DNA from: Okamejei kenojei
Lineage: Eukaryota
Direction of reading: 5' to 3'
NCBI GenBank assembly: GCA_035221665.1
Contig: CM069145.1
Span: 57,412,001-57,476,000 of the forward strand
Length of the DNA stretch: 64,000 nucleotides
The translations under genes were made by a program, and so were the position numbers. Under the pieces are notes generated by a model. The model was given only the letters and a program-made list of their open reading frames with translations. It was not told where the DNA came from and searched no databases. Each line of letters begins with the position of its first letter. The stretch's first letter is position 1. Below are positions 58,327-64,000 of this stretch, one piece after another.

Positions 58327-61300
58327 GATAGAAACATAAAAACATAGAAATTAGGTGCCGGAGGAGGCCATTCGGCCCTTCGACCCAGCACGGCCATTAA
58401 TTGTGATCATGGCTGATCGTCCCCTATCAATAACCCTGCCTGCCTTCTCCCCATATCCAATGAACCTACTAGCCCCTAGAGCTCTATCCAACTCTCTCTT
58501 AAAGGATAAGGGAGAACCAGTGGATGTGGTATATCTCGACTTCCAGAAGGCTTTCGACAAGGTCCCACATAAGTGATTAGTATACAAACTTAAAGCATAC
58601 GGCATTTGGGGTTCAGTATTGATGTGGATATAGAACTGGCTGGCAAACAGGAAGCAAAGAGTAGGAGTAAACGGGTCCTTTTCACAATGGCAGGCAGTGA
58701 CTAGAGGGGTGCCGCAGGGCTCAGTGCTGGGACCCCAGCTATTTACAATATATATTAATGATCTGGATGAGGGAATAGAAGGCAATATCTCCAAATTTGC
58801 GGATGACACTAAGCTGGGGGGCAGTGTTAGCTGTGAGGAGGATGCTAGGAGACTGCAAGGTGACTTGGATAGGCTGAGTGAGTGGGCAAATGTTTGGCAG
58901 ATGCAGTATAATGTGGATAAATGTGAGGTCATCCACTTTGGTGGCAAAAACAGGAAAGCAGACTATTATTTAAATGGTGGCCGATTAGGAAAAGGGGAGA
59001 TGCAGCGAGACCTGGGTGTACGGTACACCAGTCATTGAAAGTAGGCATGCAGGTGCAGCAGTCAATGAAAAAAGCGAATGGTATGTTAGCTTTCATAGCA
59101 AAAGGATTTGAGTATAGGAGCAGGGAGGTTCTACTTCAGTTGTACAGGGTCTTGGTGAGACCACACCTGGAGTATTGCGTACAGTTTTGGTCTCCAAATC
59201 TGAGGAAGGACATTATTACCATAGAGGGAGTACAGAGAAGGTTCACCAGACCGATTCCTGGGATGTCAGGACTGTCTTATGAAGAAAGACTGGATAGACT
59301 CGGTTTATACTCGCTAGAATTTAGGAGATTGAGAGGGGATCTTATAGAAACCTACAAAATTCTTAAGGGGTTGGACAGGCTAGATGCAGGAAGATTGTTC
59401 CCGATGTTGGGGAAGTCCAGGACAAGGGGTCACAGCTTAAGAATAAGGGGGAAATCCTTTAAGACCGACATGAGAAATATTTTTTTCACACAGAGAGTGG
59501 TGAGTCTCTGGAACTCTCTGCCACAGAGGGTAGTTGAGGCCAGTTCATTGGCTATATTTAAGAGGGAGTTAGATGTGGCCCTTGTGGCTAAGGGGATCAG
59601 AGGGTATGGAGAGAAGGCAGGTACAGGATACTGAGTTGGATGATCAGCCATGATCATATTGAATGGCGGTGCAGGCTCGAAGGGCCGAACGGCCTACTCC
59701 TGCACCTAATTTCTATGTTTCTATGTTTCTATTAAACCCATCCAGTGATTTGGCCTCCACTGCCCTCTGTGGCAGGGAATTCCATAAATTCACAACTCTC
59801 TGGGTGAAAATGGTTTTTCTAACCTCAGTCTTAAATGACCTTCCCTTTATTCTAAGACTGTGGCCCCTGGTTCTGGACTCGCCCAACATTGGGAACATTT
59901 TTCCTACATCTAGCTTGTCCAGTCCTTTTATAATTTTATATGTTTCTATAAGATCCCCCCTCATCCTTCTAAACTCCAGTGAATACAGGCTACTCTTTTC
60001 AATCTTTCCTCCAATGACAGTCCCGCCATCCCAGGGATCAATCTCGTGAACCTACGCTGCACTGCCTCAATCACAAGGATGTCCTTCCTCAAATTAGAAA
60101 ACCAAAACTGTACACAATACTCCAGATGTGGTCTCACCAGAGCTTTATACAGCTGCAGAAGAACCTCTTTACTCCTTTTCTGAAATCCTCTTGTTATGAA
60201 AACCAACATTCCATTAGCTTTCTTCACTGCCTGCTGTACCCGCACGCCAACTCTCAGTGACCTGTGTAGGAGGACACCCAGGTCTCGCTGTACCTCCCCC
60301 TTACCTAACCTAACCCCATTGAGATAAGAACCTGCCCCCTTGTTTTTGCCGCCAAAGTGGATAACCTCACATTTATCTATATTATACTGCATCTGCCACG
60401 CATCTTCCCACTCACTCAACCTGTCCAGGTCACCCCGCAACCTCCTAACTACCTGTTCACAGTTCACACTGCCACCCAGCTTTGAGTCATCCGCAAACTT
60501 GGTAGTGCTGCTCCGAATTCACTCTTCCAAATCATTAATATATATGGTAAACAGTTGCGGCCCCAACACCGAGCCTTGCGGCACTCCACTCGCCACTGCC
60601 TGCCATCCTGAAAAGGACCCATTCAATCCTACCCTTTGCTTCCGGTCTGCCAACCAATTTTCTATCCATGTCAACACCCTACCCGCAATACCATGTGCTC
60701 TAATTTTAGTCACCAGTCTCCCATGCGGGACCTTATCAAAGGTTTTCTGAAAGTCTGGATACACTACATCCACTGGCACCCCTTCATCCATTTTACTTGT
60801 CACATCCTCAAAAAATTCCAGAAGATTAGTCAAGCATGATTTCCCTTTCATAAATCCATGTTGACTTGGACTAATCATTTTACTGCTATCCAAATGCCCC
60901 ATTATTACCTATTTAATAATTGACTCCAGCATCTTTCCCACCACCGAAGTCAGGCTAACTGGTCTGTAATTCCCCGTTTTCTCTCTCGCTCCTTTCTTGA
61001 AAAGTGGGATAACATTAGCTATCCTCCAATCCACAGGAACTGATCCTGAATCTGTTAAACATTGGAAAATGATCACCAATGCGTCAACTATTTCCAAAGC
61101 CACCTCCATGAGGACCCTGGGATGCGGACCATCCGGCCCAGGGAATTTATCATCCTTCAGTCCCATTAGCCTACCCAATATTATTTCTCGCCTAATGAAA
61201 ATGTCTTTCAGTTCCTCTACCCCCTTCGATCCTCTGTCCTCCAGTACATCTGGGAGATTGTTTGTGTCTTCCTTAGTGAAGACAGATCCGAAGTACCTAT

Positions 61301-62133
61301 TCAACTATTCAGCAATTTCCTTGTTGCCCATGATAATTTCACCCGTGTCTGCCTTCAAGGGACCCACATTTGACTTTGCTACTCTTTTTCCCTTAACATA
61401 TCTAAAGAAGCTTTTACTGTCCTTTTTTTATATTCCTGGCCATCTTCCCCTCATACTTCATCTTTTCAGTCCGTATTGCCCGTTTTGTTTCCTTCTGTTG
61501 TCCTATGAAAGTTTCCCAATCCTCTGGCTTCCGGCTACTCTTTGCTGTGTTATACATCGTTTCTTTTAGTTTTATTCTATCCCTAACTTCTCTTGTCAGC
61601 CACGGTTGCCCCCTACTCCCCTTAGAATCTTTCTTCCTTTTTGGAATGAAATAATCCTGCGTCTTCTGGATTATGCCCAGAAATTCCTGCCATTGCTGTT
61701 CCACCGTCATTCCTGCTAGGATCCCTTTCCAGTCTACCTTGGCCAGCTCCCTTCTCATGCCTTCCTAGTCCCCTTTGTTCAATTGCATCACTGCCACTTC
61801 CGATTTAACGTTCTCCTTCTCAAATTGCAGATTAAAACAAATTAGATTATGATCACTACCTCCAAGCGGTTCCTTTACCTCGAGTTCTCTTATTATATCT
61901 GGTTCATTGGACAACACTAAATACAGAATTGCCTTTTCTCTGGTCGGCTCCATTACAAGCTGCTCTAAGAATCAATCTCGGAGGCATTCTACAAACTCTC
62001 TTTCTTGGGGTCCTGAACCAACCTAATTTTCGCAGTCTACCTGCATATTGAAATCCCCCATCACCACAGTGGTATTACCTTTGTTACATGCCAGTTTTAA
62101 CTCCTGCTGCAACTTACACCCTTCATTCGGGCT
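58327..62133 (-). mobile_element. Long CR1 LINE (APE to 3' tail), interrupted at 58504-59729 and running into the gap
   Basis: [48 protein letters not shown] and [10 protein letters not shown]; (catagaaa)n tail at 58327. Confidence 0.95.
58504..59729 (+). mobile_element. 5'-truncated CR1 nested antisense in another CR1; near-identical to 7495-8647
   Basis: ORFs 58697-59038 and 59035-59634; tail (ttctatgt)n; flanked by a TTAAA duplication (58499-58503 and about 59732-59736). Confidence 0.95.
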
Positions 62134-62523
62134 NNNNNNNNNNNNNNNNNNNNNNNNNNNNNNNNNNNNNNNNNNNNNNNNNNNNNNNNNNNNNNNNNNN
62201 NNNNNNNNNNNNNNNNNNNNNNNNNNNNNNNNNNNNNNNNNNNNNNNNNNNNNNNNNNNNNNNNNNNNNNNNNNNNNNNNNNNNNNNNNNNNNNNNNNNN
62301 NNNNNNNNNNNNNNNNNNNNNNNNNNNNNNNNNNNNNNNNNNNNNNNNNNNNNNNNNNNNNNNNNNNNNNNNNNNNNNNNNNNNNNNNNNNNNNNNNNNN
62401 NNNNNNNNNNNNNNNNNNNNNNNNNNNNNNNNNNNNNNNNNNNNNNNNNNNNNNNNNNNNNNNNNNNNNNNNNNNNNNNNNNNNNNNNNNNNNNNNNNNN
62501 NNNNNNNNNNNNNNNNNNNNNNN
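62134..62523. other. Assembly gap (390 N)
   Basis: Run of N. Confidence 1.
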
Positions 62524-62599
62524 AAGTATCATCCAAATTCGAATCCACGTATTACAATTCAGGGGTTGTTAGTTCTCAGAGGACGATGAAAATGTACAA

Positions 62600-63210
62600 G
62601 GCACGATTAGTAAATTTGCAGATGGCACTAAGTAGATGGTATCCTAGACAGTGAAAACGGTTATCATGAACGAAGATGCCCCTTAATCAGTTGGGCGAGT
62701 GCGCCGAGGAATTGCTAATTACTTTAATTTAGATAAGTGTGCGACGTTGCATTTTTGGGATTCAAACCATTGCAGGACTCTCACAGTTTTTAATCCTTCG
62801 AGGATTCCAAGGGAGGTTGACAGATGTTCATGTACAGGTGTATAACCCACGTGGGGAATAGTGTGAACGCACTGACCCCTTTCCCCCTAGGGTAAGAGAA
62901 CCAAGAACGAACCACTGGTTTAACTTGACAATCGAAATATGTAATAGGAATCTGAGGGGTGGGGGGTGGGAACACCTTATTCGCAGAGGGTGGTGAATCT
63001 ATGGAACGACCTGCCAAAGGACGTACAATACCTACAAAGAAAAGAACATTATGTACAAAGTACAAAAAGACAATATGGACAGGTACATGTATAGGAAAGG
63101 AATGGAGGGATATGGATCGAAGAGAGTAAAATGGACCAGAATCTTCTTCGGCATGAACAACTTGGGATGTAGAGCCTAAACCCGTGATGCTCGACTCTGT
63201 GGCCCTATGG
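62600..63210 (+). mobile_element. Old degenerate CR1 fragment
   Basis: attagtaaatttgcagatggcactaag (ISKFADGTK), gataagtgtgcgacgttgcatttt and cagagggtggtgaatctatggaacgacctgcc. Confidence 0.65.
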
Positions 63211-63760
63211 CGTTAAAATCAAGAAAACCTAAACATTAAACAGTATAAATTATAAACTTTATTAATCATTTATGACAAAAGTCCCGGATTCAATTGTATT
63301 CAAAATCTACAGTGATGCAGAAATGTGAACGGCCCAGTGAGATGTGATACTTTGGCCACCGCTCCATTATGATTACCTATCAGTCTAATGGTATATTCTC
63401 TCTATTTACGGTGGTCAGCCCTCATTTTGTTGGGTTATTTGTGTTATTAAAAAACTCAGATATCAGGGCATTCAAATATTTATTTATTAATACGCAATGA
63501 CTATTTCTCAGTAATTGGGGTGTCACGTAATTGACACAGGAAGCAGACTGCCAAATTAGTTGGGATTTTATATTACAAAATCGGTATCATCATTAAGATA
63601 GACGGTGAAATGTAAAAATGTTTCATAAAACATTAAATATCACCCTTAGGAGTGAAAAACGGATTCGAAGAAAGTATCTCGGATTCAAATCGGTTAATTT
63701 GTTACATCGCTCGTTAACTTCATGCGATTCAATAGATTAAATTGTTAAAATGTTAGGTAC

Positions 63761-63794
<34 letters not shown>

Positions 63795-64000
63795 TGGTGA
63801 ATGCTATGTACTTAACTCTTTTGTTTCTCTCCTGAGTGCAGACCCCGTGGCTGGGAGTCAGGAATGGGGGCTCGTCCTAAGCTTTGAGGACCCTAGACAG
63901 TTGGGGGGTTTTTTGGTAGGCTTATGGTGACTGAGGAAGTCTGTGTTGTGAGGTGACTGAGGAATTCTGTGTTGTGAGATTTTTTTTCTCTTCCGTTTTG

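Noticed and set aside
62023-62654. ORFs spanning X runs
   Set aside because: Artefacts of the 390-N gap.
26208-63792. Long poly-G/poly-C runs (26208-26253, ~36716, ~44208, ~56677, ~63762) as functional G-quadruplexes
   Set aside because: Mostly inside repeats, and homopolymer lengths are unreliable in assemblies.
41720-64000. TCR D, J or C segments
   Set aside because: No nonamer-12-heptamer followed by FGxG and no C1-set exon found by eye; a degenerate segment could have been missed.

Overview
Repeat-rich vertebrate genomic DNA, most likely from a cartilaginous fish such as a skate or ray (inferred from HER1-like CR1 LINEs, an HE1-like V-SINE and Penelope-derived palindromes). The window holds four paralogous two-exon rhodopsin-class GPCR genes of a GPR139/GPR142-like family. 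Each has a 70-nt coding exon 1 that the ORF track does not resolve and a phase-1 intron in TM1. Three are intact, and one has a +1 frameshift before TM7. Two T-cell receptor alpha/delta-type V segments, each followed by an RSS, lie between the convergent third and fourth GPCRs; one has a split leader and the other apparently an intronless leader. No D, J or C segments were found. The rest is a C2H2 zinc-finger pseudogene, nested CR1 LINEs, Rex1/Babar, L1, Tx1, Penelope and Gypsy remnants, hammerhead-ribozyme-like motifs in Penelope-derived repeats, minisatellites and a 390-N assembly gap. The most notable observation is the interleaving of rearranging TCR V segments with an expanded orphan GPCR cluster, which parallels the olfactory receptor genes among mammalian TRAV segments but uses a different receptor family. 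Repeat boundaries are approximate; splice sites and RSS coordinates were read directly from the sequence.
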